This document shows, piece after piece, positions 1-9,868 of a stretch of DNA of 64,000 nucleotides. Each line of letters starts with the position of its first letter. The first letter of the stretch is position 1. The translations under genes and the position numbers were made by a program. The notes below the pieces were generated by a model, which saw only the letters and a program-made list of their open reading frames with translations, had not been told where the DNA came from and made no database searches. The stretch covers positions 62,001 through 126,000 of IMG/VR virus record IMGVR_UViG_3300042261_002390; one strand, given 5' to 3'.

Positions 1-246
1 ATTACTAATGATTGGGATGAAGATTTTAAAGGATTTCACTATTACGATATTTCATTTGGATTTAATAATGTATTGAGTGGTAATAATATTGGTGTAACTA
101 CTGATATTAGAATATTACATCAATCAATTGGTATGGTTAACGAGCAGTGGGAAGAAAATAGAAAATTATTTATTAAAAAATATAAAAATTATTTGCCATA
201 TTCTATTAAATAAATATAAACATAAACTACTAATAACATATGAAGA

Positions 247-876
247 ATGATACAAGTAGATAAAATTGAAGACGGATTGCCAGTTAGTGTAATTGTTCCA
301 TTAAGTAAACAAAGAAAGGATTTTTTCGAGAATATGGTTCTACCATTGATTGAAGCAAATGGGGTTAATGAAATCATTATCAACGATGATGAGGGTTCAG
401 CACCTAAAAAAAGAAATGATGGTTTTAAACGTTCTACTCAACCATATGTGTTTTTTTGTGATGATGATATTTTATTGCCAGCAGACTATATTGGAGCATT
501 GTACGAAAAACTTGAAAATAATCCTGATGTTTCATTCGTATATACCGGATATCACGGAATAGTATTATACCCTGAAACACACCCAATGCGTGGAAATTTT
601 CAGATTCCTAATATTGAATTTAATAAGTCTGCATTAATGCAGGGAAATTATATTTCGACCATGACATTAATGCGCCGGGAAGTATTTCCGATGTTTGATG
701 AAAATTTAAAAAGATTACAGGATTGGGATGTCTTTTTAACTATTGTTAAAAATGGTGGCAAGGGAATGCTTGTGCCAAATCAGACATTTTATGCATATTA
801 TTTAGATTCTGGTATTACTTCAAACAACAATAATGAAATTGATGCAGTCTTTGCTATAAGAAAAAAACATTTTTAA
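247..876 (+). CDS. Glycosyltransferase family 2
   Basis: N-terminal VSVIVP strand, PKKRNDG, PYVFFCDDD (DxD), QDWD motif. Confidence 0.85.
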   Translation: MIQVDKIEDGLPVSVIVPLSKQRKDFFENMVLPLIEANGVNEIIINDDEGSAPKKRNDGFKRSTQPYVFFCDDDILLPADYIGALYEKLENNPDVSFVYTGYHGIVLYPETHPMRGNFQIPNIEFNKSALMQGNYISTMTLMRREVFPMFDENLKRLQDWDVFLTIVKNGGKGMLVPNQTFYAYYLDSGITSNNNNEIDAVFAIRKKHF

Positions 877-879
877 ATT

Positions 880-1815
880 GTGAAAAGGTCTAATATCAAT
901 AAAAAAGAATTAATTGCTAGAAAAATTAAATACAGACATGAACAAAATTTGTTTCTGAATAATATGAATGATAGAGATTTAAGACGATTTAATAAAATTG
1001 AACCAAAACCTGATGTAACCGGATTAAGTCGTGGGGATAGACGAAGTGGAAACTATTTGGATTTAGTTGAAAATAATTATATTAAAAAAGAAAATGTCGA
1101 TGTTGATATTGTAATTTGTATTCCATCACACGATAGATATGAAAAATTAAAAAGAATTATTGAACAAATAAAAGATTCTAATTCAAAATATAGTTATTTA
1201 ATTGTTATATTAAATGATGGGTCATCTGATGAAAGATATAATACGTTAGTTAATGAATACCCAAATATTATTCAGATAGTAAATAGCGTTCCGAATGGTA
1301 AAGCATTACACTGGTTTTGTTATAATCAAATGTGGAATGTTTTAAAAGGTTGTATTTGTCATGCTGTTTTACAAATGGATGATGATTTTATATTGTGTGA
1401 CAATTTTCTTGATATAATTGTTGATTTATTTTTTGAAAAGAAAAATGTTAATAGTAGAATTATGGCAATTTCACCTCATCTATGGTCATTTAAAAAAGCT
1501 TGTAAATATGAGTCGTGGTGGAATAGAAATGATTTGATTGATGGTATTGCATTGATTGATTATGATGTTATAAAATATTTGAATTTTGAATTACAGCCAG
1601 TAAATGCTAAGGATGTAATTAAACCGGGTGTACAAGTGAGAGCATGGACACAAATTTCTATGGGAATTAAAATGTATAGAGGCATTATTTTTAGAACATC
1701 CGAATCGTTGGTTTTCCATGACGGTAATGAAGATTCTAAATTACATGGTGATTTTAGAAAAGTAAAAAAAATATATACACATAATTTTATTAATAAAAAT
1801 ATTGAATATGATTAG
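880..1815 (+). CDS. GT-A fold glycosyltransferase with basic N-terminal extension
   Basis: IVICIPSHDR, ILNDGSSD, LQMDDDF motifs; GTG start. Confidence 0.75.
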   Translation: MKRSNINKKELIARKIKYRHEQNLFLNNMNDRDLRRFNKIEPKPDVTGLSRGDRRSGNYLDLVENNYIKKENVDVDIVICIPSHDRYEKLKRIIEQIKDSNSKYSYLIVILNDGSSDERYNTLVNEYPNIIQIVNSVPNGKALHWFCYNQMWNVLKGCICHAVLQMDDDFILCDNFLDIIVDLFFEKKNVNSRIMAISPHLWSFKKACKYESWWNRNDLIDGIALIDYDVIKYLNFELQPVNAKDVIKPGVQVRAWTQISMGIKMYRGIIFRTSESLVFHDGNEDSKLHGDFRKVKKIYTHNFINKNIEYD

Positions 1816-2542
1816 CATAATATTAAATGTTTATAAGAGACCATATATGTTGGAAAAACAGATTGAAGCAATAAAAAATCAATCAATATCCATTAAAAGT
1901 GAAAATATTCATGTTTGGTATAATAATGGCGATGTAGTTCAACATACTCCAAATGATAAAAATATAAAAACATATTTATGTAATTGGAATAGTAAGTTTT
2001 GGGGAAGATTTACACTTCCGTTGTTAATCAGAACACCATATGTTGCAATATTTGATGATGATATTATACCACAAAGGGATTGGTTAAAAAATTGTCTTGA
2101 AACAATTGAAAATCCCACATATAATGGAATTTTAGGTGGTAGCGGTGTAATACTTCGTGATAAATCATATGTGCCATTTAATAAGGTTGGTTGGAATGGT
2201 CAACACTTAAATACTGCAACCCGGGTTGATTTAGTTGGTCATGCTTGGTTTTTTAGACAAGAATGGGCTAAATATTTGTGGTATGAAGAACCTGTTAGCT
2301 GGGAAAACGGTGAAGATATTATGTTTTCGTATCTTGCACAAAAATATGGAAATATTAATACTTTTGTTCCTCCACATCCTGAAAATAATTTAAATTATTG
2401 GAGTTGTGATTTTAAGACTGGTAATGAAGTCGGTAGTGATGTTAATGCTTCGTGGCTTAAAGGTTCACATTATGAACAAAGAAATAAAATTTGTATCAAT
2501 TGTATAAATAATGGTTGGAAAACAGTAAATAATATTAAATGA
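1802..2542 (+). CDS. GT-A fold glycosyltransferase
   Basis: ISIILNVYKRP, YVAIFDDDIIP, GEDIMFSY. Confidence 0.75.
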   Translation: MNMISIILNVYKRPYMLEKQIEAIKNQSISIKSENIHVWYNNGDVVQHTPNDKNIKTYLCNWNSKFWGRFTLPLLIRTPYVAIFDDDIIPQRDWLKNCLETIENPTYNGILGGSGVILRDKSYVPFNKVGWNGQHLNTATRVDLVGHAWFFRQEWAKYLWYEEPVSWENGEDIMFSYLAQKYGNINTFVPPHPENNLNYWSCDFKTGNEVGSDVNASWLKGSHYEQRNKICINCINNGWKTVNNIK

Positions 2543-3228
2543 AAAATTTCAGAGAAGATATATTAATCTTATTTAACTTACTTAAAAATAAAACACCTTT
2601 TAGCTTTAGTAAATATGCTGATGGCGAATATGCAATATTAATAAACAAGCATATTACTAATTGTGATAATTGGACTTTTAATCCTGATATAGATAATATC
2701 TATCAGAATGAGTTGTTTAAATCATTTCAATTTAATGAAGATGGATATTATGTCGGTATATCATGTCCATGTTGTGTAAGTATGGATGATGTACTGTGGA
2801 TGAGAAATAATGTGGGTGTTGATAAAAATCATTTGACTTGGGCAAATATTTTTGTAAATGGTAATTATAGAACTTTTGTAAATCTATTTATACCTGAATT
2901 TAAAAATCATGATATTGTTTTAGTTGCAAACAAAAACGCTAATATTAATAATTTACCTTTTAATGTGGTTGAACACATACCTATTGGAAATACAGCATGG
3001 AAGGAAAATTTTAATTTAGTGAATGAATTACCTGAAAAAGATTATGAGAATAAATTATTTCTTTTTTGTGCAGGACCTCTTGGAAATATGCTTGCAGCTA
3101 AAATGTGGGAAAAAAATAAAAATAACATTTATATTGATATTGGGTCTACGTTAAATCCTTGGTTGGTTGGTAATAATAGAGGATATTTACGTGGTTCTGA
3201 TACACTAAATAAAATATGTATATGGTAG
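2539..3228 (+). CDS. Putative GT-D fold (DUF1792-like) glycosyltransferase
   Basis: SFSKYADGE resembles the RFGDGE motif; LFCAGP and IDIGS near the C-terminus; cluster context. Confidence 0.5.
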   Translation: MKNFREDILILFNLLKNKTPFSFSKYADGEYAILINKHITNCDNWTFNPDIDNIYQNELFKSFQFNEDGYYVGISCPCCVSMDDVLWMRNNVGVDKNHLTWANIFVNGNYRTFVNLFIPEFKNHDIVLVANKNANINNLPFNVVEHIPIGNTAWKENFNLVNELPEKDYENKLFLFCAGPLGNMLAAKMWEKNKNNIYIDIGSTLNPWLVGNNRGYLRGSDTLNKICIW

Positions 3229-3809
3229 AAATGAATAGTTTTAATGTTGTTGATTTTAGATTTGCTAAATCAACCGATGATTTTGATTTAAAATATAGAG
3301 CGTGGTCGAGAATATATGAATATCAATATGTTTTAGATTTCATTCGTAATACCCAAATAGAGTCCCCAAATATTCATAATTCTTCATGGGGTTATGAGGG
3401 TGTACACGTAATTTTTAGAGACGAATTGGATTTGATTGGTAAATGTACTCATTCAGATATTATTCATTCTGAATTTCGTGATACTTTTTATTATGATATT
3501 ACTACAGAGAATAATGAATTCGAAAATAAGTTCGATTTTGTTATAAATATCTCAACAATAGAACATTTAAAAACATCTGAAGATAGATTGACATCAATTA
3601 AGAACTTATTTAAACAAGTGAAGCCGGGTGGATATTTAATACTAACTTTTGACTATCCCCGGGTGAATTTGACTGAGATTGAGTTTTTAATTAATAAAAA
3701 ATGTACTCGTGGTGGAAATAAAGAGTTAAATGGGTCAAATTCAAAAATTGTTGACGAAAGGTATAAAGACTTAAATATAGTTTATTTAATATTGAAAAAA
3801 AATGAATAA
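3216..3809 (+). CDS. Class I SAM-dependent methyltransferase
   Basis: KFDFVINISTIEHL and VKPGGYLILTFD. Confidence 0.75.
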   Translation: MYMVEMNSFNVVDFRFAKSTDDFDLKYRAWSRIYEYQYVLDFIRNTQIESPNIHNSSWGYEGVHVIFRDELDLIGKCTHSDIIHSEFRDTFYYDITTENNEFENKFDFVINISTIEHLKTSEDRLTSIKNLFKQVKPGGYLILTFDYPRVNLTEIEFLINKKCTRGGNKELNGSNSKIVDERYKDLNIVYLILKKNE

Positions 3810-4362
3810 TTATTGGAATGATAGATATGTTGCCGGGGGTAATTCCGGGGCAGGTTCATATGGTGAATATGCTGTGCATAAGGCTGATGTGATTAATTAT
3901 TACATTGAAAAATATGAAATTAAAACCATATCGGATTTTGGATGTGGTGATGGTAATCAAATTAGTTTATTAACTGGATTTGAAAAATATGCTGGGTGTG
4001 ATATTTCTCCACGTATTATTGAAGTATGTAAGAAGAGGTTTGAAAACGATAAAAGATATTCGTTTTACGGTTATATTCACCAAATGCCTAGTGCTGACCT
4101 ATGTATGTCCCTTGATGTAATATATCACATTATGGATTATGGTGATTATGAAACGTATTTGGCTACACTGTTTGAAAAATCAGACAATTATGTATTAATT
4201 TTTTCATCAAATCATGATAGAAAAGTTGAGACTGTTTCTCACATACATCATAGGATTTTTACTAAGTTTGTCGATGAATTTGTGCCAAACTTTAAGCTTG
4301 TCGAGGAAATTGAAAATAACTTAAACACATCAGCGAAATTTTTTTTATACGAAAAAATATGA
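3802..4362 (+). CDS. Class I SAM-dependent methyltransferase
   Basis: DFGCGDG motif I, DLCMSLDVIYH, YWNDRY..GGNSGAGS N-terminus. Confidence 0.8.
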   Translation: MNNYWNDRYVAGGNSGAGSYGEYAVHKADVINYYIEKYEIKTISDFGCGDGNQISLLTGFEKYAGCDISPRIIEVCKKRFENDKRYSFYGYIHQMPSADLCMSLDVIYHIMDYGDYETYLATLFEKSDNYVLIFSSNHDRKVETVSHIHHRIFTKFVDEFVPNFKLVEEIENNLNTSAKFFLYEKI

Positions 4363-5369
4363 TACTAATTTCATACGGTACTCGCCCGGAGTACATCAAA
4401 CTTAAATCAATATTCAAGGAATTTGATAAAGTAGGTATTAAATATTGTACATTATTTACCGGGCAACATAAAGATTTACTTAACGAACATTCACCTACAA
4501 TATCGTTGAATATTGATGATAGTAGCAAAATTCTTGATAATAGATTAAATAATATTGTATCGTCCATAGTTAAAAGTAATTTTTTCTATAGTCTTAGTGA
4601 ATTTCCAACATATGTGATGGTAATGGGTGATACTACATCTGCAATGGCTGTTGCATTATCAGCATTCCATCACGGTATTAAAGTAATTCATCTTGAAGCC
4701 GGGTTAAGAACATATGATAATCAAAATCCATACCCTGAAGAAATTAATCGACGAATTATATCGCAAATCACTTCAATTCATCTATGCCCAACTAATTGGA
4801 ATCTTCAGAATTTAAAAAATGAGTCGATTATCATGGAAGAAGCATATGTTGTAGGTAATACTGTGATTGATAATTTATTAGATTACAAAGATAAATGTGA
4901 ATATACTAATAAAGTGTTGATTACACTCCATAGACGTGAAAATCATTCAATAATACGTGAATGGTTTAACGTTATTAACAATATAGCAAAAAATCATCCA
5001 GAAATCGAATTTATCCTCCCGATACATCCAAATCCTAGGGTTCAGGTTCACCGTAATATATTAACAAATGTTAACGTTATTGAGCCGCTTTCTTATGATG
5101 ATATGTTGAATTTATTGGTTAAAACTAAGCTTGTTATTACTGATAGTGGCGGGTTACAAGAAGAATGTAGTTTTTTTAATAAAAGATGTTTAGTCTGTCG
5201 TAAAACCACAGAAAGACCTGAAGCTATTGGATTAAGTAGTATTATGGTTGAAACACCATTATTGTTATCATTGTACTTTGATAAGTATATAAATAATTAC
5301 GAAATTGATTATAAATGTCCGTTTGGAGATGGATATGCAGCAGAAAAAATAGCGGAGATATTAAAATGA
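4359..5369 (+). CDS. wecB: UDP-N-acetylglucosamine 2-epimerase (non-hydrolysing)
   Basis: GTRPEYIK, TGQH, GDTTSA, HLEAGLRT, PEEINR, TLHRREN, TDSGGLQEE, PFGDG. Confidence 0.95.
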   Translation: MILISYGTRPEYIKLKSIFKEFDKVGIKYCTLFTGQHKDLLNEHSPTISLNIDDSSKILDNRLNNIVSSIVKSNFFYSLSEFPTYVMVMGDTTSAMAVALSAFHHGIKVIHLEAGLRTYDNQNPYPEEINRRIISQITSIHLCPTNWNLQNLKNESIIMEEAYVVGNTVIDNLLDYKDKCEYTNKVLITLHRRENHSIIREWFNVINNIAKNHPEIEFILPIHPNPRVQVHRNILTNVNVIEPLSYDDMLNLLVKTKLVITDSGGLQEECSFFNKRCLVCRKTTERPEAIGLSSIMVETPLLLSLYFDKYINNYEIDYKCPFGDGYAAEKIAEILK

Positions 5370-6127
5370 AAAGAGTATTAGTTATTGGTGATAGTTGTAC
5401 AGATATTTTTATATACGGTAAGTGTGATAGGTTATGCCCCGAAGCACCTGTACCAATTTTCATTCCCGAAAATACCGTTTACAATGGTGGTATGACAATT
5501 AATGTGTATGAAAATTTAAGAGCATTAGGTATATGTTGTGACATATTAACAAATGATATTAGACCTGTGAAGACAAGATATGTTGATTCTGTTTCGAATC
5601 AATTATTACTCCGGGTTGATGAAAAAGATGTTATTAGACGAATTAATCCTGCAGATTTATCACGTTTTAAGTTAGAAAATTATGATATAATAGTAATTAG
5701 CGATTATAATAAAGGATTTTTAACTATCGAAGATATTGAATATATTTCTGAAAGAAATAAAAATGTTTTTATTGATAGTAAGAAAAAATTCGCAGAATGG
5801 TGTCATCACATCAAGTTTATTAAAATAAATGAAAAGGAATATCTGTTGAATGAAAATTACCTAAAAAATGAATATTTTGGTAATTTAATTGTAACTAAGG
5901 GTAAAGATGGGGCAGTATTAAATAATGAGCAAGTATTTTCAATTGATGAAGAACATGATGTTAGAGATTTAAGTGGTGCTGGTGATACTTTTTTTGCAGC
6001 ATTAGTTGCAGATTATTTAAATAATAACGATATTTGTAGTGCAATTAAGTATGCAAATAAATGCGCATCATGGGCAGTTACGCAAAAAGGTGTTGTAAAA
6101 ATTGATTTAGATAAAGCCAAGATATGA
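5366..6127 (+). CDS. rfaE1: Heptose-7-phosphate kinase (PfkB family, HldE kinase-domain type)
   Basis: VIGD..D..G..RL.PEAPVP, SDYNKG, DLSGAGDTF. ATG at 5366 overlapping the wecB stop preferred over the 5315 start. Confidence 0.85.
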   Translation: MKRVLVIGDSCTDIFIYGKCDRLCPEAPVPIFIPENTVYNGGMTINVYENLRALGICCDILTNDIRPVKTRYVDSVSNQLLLRVDEKDVIRRINPADLSRFKLENYDIIVISDYNKGFLTIEDIEYISERNKNVFIDSKKKFAEWCHHIKFIKINEKEYLLNENYLKNEYFGNLIVTKGKDGAVLNNEQVFSIDEEHDVRDLSGAGDTFFAALVADYLNNNDICSAIKYANKCASWAVTQKGVVKIDLDKAKI

Positions 6128-6498
6128 TATATATATTAAACTCAGACGATTGTGAAAAAGTCCCTAAAAATTGGGGTGAAGAAATAATTCTTCACAATAG
6201 TGATAAATATTGTGGTAAACTACTGCGATTTAATCGTGGTGCTAAATTTAGCATGCATTTTCATATATTAAAGGAAGAAACTTGGTATATTAATAAAGGC
6301 GAATTTCAAATTAATTACATAAATCCTGAAAATGCCGATAAATTCAGTAAAATATTAACAGAAGGAATGGTTATTGAAATTGAAAAAGGAAATCCACATC
6401 AATTGATTGCATTGACTGATGGTGAAATTTTTGAAGTTTCAACCCAACATTTTGATGATGATAGTTATAGAATTGAAAAAGGAGATAGTCAATCATGA
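6124..6498 (+). CDS. Cupin-fold protein (sugar-phosphate isomerase-like)
   Basis: K.WG.E, SMHFH..KEETW, PHQL, EVST cupin motifs. Confidence 0.7.
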   Translation: MIYILNSDDCEKVPKNWGEEIILHNSDKYCGKLLRFNRGAKFSMHFHILKEETWYINKGEFQINYINPENADKFSKILTEGMVIEIEKGNPHQLIALTDGEIFEVSTQHFDDDSYRIEKGDSQS

Positions 6499-6926
6499 AT
6501 ATTTGGGTAAATGGGTGTTTTGATATATTACATCCCGGACATATTGATTTATTATGGTATGCTAAGTTATACAATACTGATAATGTGTCGTTAAAAGACG
6601 CAATGTCGGTAAATAGATTATATGTTGGCTTGGATAGTGATGAACGTGTTAAATTTTTAAAAGGCGATAAACGACCCATAAATGATATTGGCGTTCGTGT
6701 TAAAATGATGTCTAATTTAATTATGGTAGATTCAGTAGTTTCATTTTCTGATGAAGCAGAATTAGAATATTACATAAAAACATTTAACATTGATTATATG
6801 ATTATTGGTAATCAATATGTTGATAAATATATTGTGGGTGCTGAATTTGCTAAAAACGGTGTTGTTTATTATCCAGTTAATGAATATTCTACAACTAATA
6901 TTATCGATAAAATTAAAAATTTATGA
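6495..6926 (+). CDS. rfaE2: Heptose-1-phosphate adenylyltransferase (cytidylyltransferase-like)
   Basis: NGCFDILHPGH, GLDSD..V..LKG..RPI, YSTT. Confidence 0.85.
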   Translation: MNIWVNGCFDILHPGHIDLLWYAKLYNTDNVSLKDAMSVNRLYVGLDSDERVKFLKGDKRPINDIGVRVKMMSNLIMVDSVVSFSDEAELEYYIKTFNIDYMIIGNQYVDKYIVGAEFAKNGVVYYPVNEYSTTNIIDKIKNL

Positions 6927-7831
6927 TTATAGTTACTGGTGGTGAGGGGTTTATTGGTAAAAATTTAATTAAAATGCTTAAAGCATGCGGATATAATGAT
7001 GTGGTTTCTCTCGATATTATATCAAAATCACTTGATGATATTTATGAATTTTTATTTGATAATTCAGACAATATTGATTGCGTTTTTCATTTGGGTGCTA
7101 TTAGTGATACTACGGTATTCGATAAAAATATGTTGCATATTTATAACGTCTCCTCATCAATATTCATGTGGAATTTTTGTTCATTAAAAAAAATACCTTT
7201 AATATACGCTAGTTCTGCAGCCACTTATGGTGATGGTAGTAATGGATTTGATGATGAATCATCTATTGATGTATTAAAACCATTGAATCCTTATGGTAAT
7301 TCAAAACAAGAATTTGATATGTGGATATTGAAGACACGTAGCCGACCACCATATTGGTATGGATTAAAATTTTTTAATGTTTATGGATTTGGCGAAGCAC
7401 ACAAAGGTAGAATGGCATCTATGGTATATCATTCGTTTAATCAAATAGAGTGCACTGGTATGATTAAATTATTCAAATCACATAATCCAAATTTTGAGGA
7501 TGGTGGACAATCAAGAGATTTTATTTACATTGATGATGTGGTAAATGTCTGTATTAATGTGATGAAAAATAAACCAGAATCTGGTATTTATAATGTAGGT
7601 ACGGGTAAAGCACGTAGTTTTAATGATTTAGCTAAAGCAGTTTTTAATTCTCTTGGAATTCAAGAAAATATTATATATATTGACACACCCATTGATATTA
7701 GAGATAAATATCAGTATTTTACTGAGGCAAATATCAATAAATTAATAAAAAGTGGTTGTAGTGTTAATTTTCATGAGTTAGAAGATGGAATTTTAAAATA
7801 TATTAATATGTTGAAATATGAAAATAGCTAA
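6923..7831 (+). CDS. hldD: ADP-L-glycero-D-manno-heptose 6-epimerase
   Basis: IIVTGGEGFIG, FHLGAISDT, YASSAATYG, PLNPYG.SK, GLKFFNVYG..E.HKGRMAS, RDFIY, YQYFTEA. Confidence 0.92.
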   Translation: MIIVTGGEGFIGKNLIKMLKACGYNDVVSLDIISKSLDDIYEFLFDNSDNIDCVFHLGAISDTTVFDKNMLHIYNVSSSIFMWNFCSLKKIPLIYASSAATYGDGSNGFDDESSIDVLKPLNPYGNSKQEFDMWILKTRSRPPYWYGLKFFNVYGFGEAHKGRMASMVYHSFNQIECTGMIKLFKSHNPNFEDGGQSRDFIYIDDVVNVCINVMKNKPESGIYNVGTGKARSFNDLAKAVFNSLGIQENIIYIDTPIDIRDKYQYFTEANINKLIKSGCSVNFHELEDGILKYINMLKYENS

Positions 7832-8453
7832 CATCGTTTATGAAAAGAATCTGGTAAATCATACCAAAGTAGATTACGTTAATTACATTAATGATGCTGT
7901 AAAATATGTAAATCTTGACACTTCGTTACCCACATTATATGTTGGTTGGTCATTTATGAAGCAATGTAATCCTGATAATGAGATTATCCAAAATGCTAAT
8001 ATTTTATATAAAAAAATAATCACAAATGAACTGTATTGGGAATTTAGTTTTGACGAAAGCAAACCATCTCATGTAAAGGGAGTTGAATTATTTGTTAACA
8101 ATACTCCTAATTTTTATTTTTCATCAAAATATCAATATATTAATTTAGACCCGGTATTCTTTCAATTAGCTTATATTGAGGATTTAATGTATGTAATTCC
8201 AAAACAAATTGATTCTATATATGTGTATAAGAATGAGATGGTATATATATTGTTTGAAAATAAAATATGGGGCATTAATTTAAAAATGTATGAATTTTTT
8301 AAGTTTAATATTGATGAAATATTGAAAAACTTAATGGAAAGAACTACACACTCAAAAGTTGACGATACCGGAGAAATATTCCAGAAATACTACAAAATAT
8401 TCCCTAATTATATTCACTTAAAAAGATATATTGTTACAATTTTGACAAAATGA
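7818..8453 (+). CDS. Hypothetical protein
   Basis: 211-aa ORF overlapping the hldD stop; no recognisable motif. Confidence 0.7.
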   Translation: MKIANIVYEKNLVNHTKVDYVNYINDAVKYVNLDTSLPTLYVGWSFMKQCNPDNEIIQNANILYKKIITNELYWEFSFDESKPSHVKGVELFVNNTPNFYFSSKYQYINLDPVFFQLAYIEDLMYVIPKQIDSIYVYKNEMVYILFENKIWGINLKMYEFFKFNIDEILKNLMERTTHSKVDDTGEIFQKYYKIFPNYIHLKRYIVTILTK

Positions 8454-8463
8454 ATGTATCATA

Positions 8464-8472
8464 GTATTTATA
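8464..8472 (+). promoter_or_regulatory. GTATTTATA motif, putative phage late promoter (other exact copies at 11530, 12997, 19618, 20557, 43051, 53071, 63577)
   Basis: Same 9-mer in intergenic gaps, usually 12-21 nt before an ATG. Confidence 0.65.
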
Positions 8473-8492
8473 GTAAATAAATTATATATACT

Positions 8493-8681
8493 ATGAATAA
8501 TAATGTAGAAAAGGCAATCAATGATTTTATTGATGTTTCTGACGAACAAGGAACTGTTAATAAAACTCAAAACAATTTTAATAAAAATCTGGTTCTTAAT
8601 GAACGTGAAGGATTAATTGAAAGAGTTGACAAGGTTTTTGTTACTAAAGACGGAAAACAATTATTGAGAGAACAGTATTAA
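8493..8681 (+). CDS. Small hypothetical protein
   Basis: 62-aa ORF behind a GTATTTATA motif. Confidence 0.7.
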   Translation: MNNNVEKAINDFIDVSDEQGTVNKTQNNFNKNLVLNEREGLIERVDKVFVTKDGKQLLREQY

Positions 8682-8693
8682 TATATTCATTCG

Positions 8694-9410
8694 ATGAAAA
8701 ATGAAAAAAAATCAATTCTTTTTGAGGAACACTTAAGAAAGATTAAACACCACGTTGATTATAAAATAAACGAATCACCTAGATATCGTCCATTGGTTGG
8801 AGTTGATGAAGAATTTGATAATCTTCCATTGACTAATGAGGCTGGTGAACAAGAAGATGCAATGAAACCTGCTGGCGGTAGTGTACCGCCTGAACCAACT
8901 AATACTGATAATCCATCAGTACCAAGCACACCAACACCAGCATTTGACCAAAATGCTGCACCTGCTCCGGAAGATGAAATGCCACCTGCTGGTGACGTAC
9001 CAATGGGTGACGCACCAATGCCTTCACCAGAACCTGTTGAAAAGGTTGATGATATTCAAAATGAGATTATTAAACATAATATTGAGGCAATGAAAAATAT
9101 TCATGACCAATTAGAGAGTTTAAATCAAATGACAATATCATTGAACGATAAATTAAATGTTTTAACTAGTGATGTTGAGGAAGTTCGTGAACCAACAAAT
9201 GCTGAAAAATTAATGAATAAAACAAAAGTATCGTATCCGTATTATTTCAATTTGAATGATTTATGGAGTGATAATTGGTTTAGTCAACAGAGAGAAAAGG
9301 AAGCAGGTAAGGGAATTAGAGAATTGCCGGATGGTACTTATATTGCCGATTTTGATGATTTGCCACGTAAATCAAAAATTGATGTTCAAAATAGTTTTAA
9401 CGAAGTTTAA
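8694..9410 (+). CDS. Acidic Pro-rich hypothetical protein, possible head-associated protein
   Basis: INE/TNE motifs, Pro/acidic linker, coiled-coil-like segment. Confidence 0.55.
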   Translation: MKNEKKSILFEEHLRKIKHHVDYKINESPRYRPLVGVDEEFDNLPLTNEAGEQEDAMKPAGGSVPPEPTNTDNPSVPSTPTPAFDQNAAPAPEDEMPPAGDVPMGDAPMPSPEPVEKVDDIQNEIIKHNIEAMKNIHDQLESLNQMTISLNDKLNVLTSDVEEVREPTNAEKLMNKTKVSYPYYFNLNDLWSDNWFSQQREKEAGKGIRELPDGTYIADFDDLPRKSKIDVQNSFNEV

Positions 9411-9862
9411 TGAAGATATTTCATTCATATGGCTCAAAAGAAAGACTTTTCGAATTAATGAAAAGAGTCGGTAAATTATCGCTTAATGAAGAAGTGTTGC
9501 CTCGTGAGAAAAGAAACGAAATAATCAATGATTTTGTTAAGTTTGTTGACGGTAAAATAGATTTTAATGGTGATATTCCGAACATGAGAATTTCATACGA
9601 CGATAACGATGCTCGTGAAATGAAATCATATGGGCGATATATCCCAGAAACTAATGAAATATTTGTTGTTGCTGCAAATAGAGCATTGGCAGATATTTTA
9701 AGAACCATTGCACACGAATTAATACATCAAAAACAAAAAGAAGAAGGTAGACTAAAACCAAATTCAGGAGAAACTGGTAGTGATGAGGAAAATGAGGCAA
9801 ATGCACTTGCTGGTGTTCTTATGAGAGAATTTGGAAAAATTAATCCAACAATATTTGAATAA
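9410..9862 (+). CDS. HExxH (zincin-like) protein
   Basis: LRTIAHELIHQKQ followed by ENEANALAG. Confidence 0.65.
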   Translation: MKIFHSYGSKERLFELMKRVGKLSLNEEVLPREKRNEIINDFVKFVDGKIDFNGDIPNMRISYDDNDAREMKSYGRYIPETNEIFVVAANRALADILRTIAHELIHQKQKEEGRLKPNSGETGSDEENEANALAGVLMREFGKINPTIFE

Positions 9863-9868
9863 ATTAAA

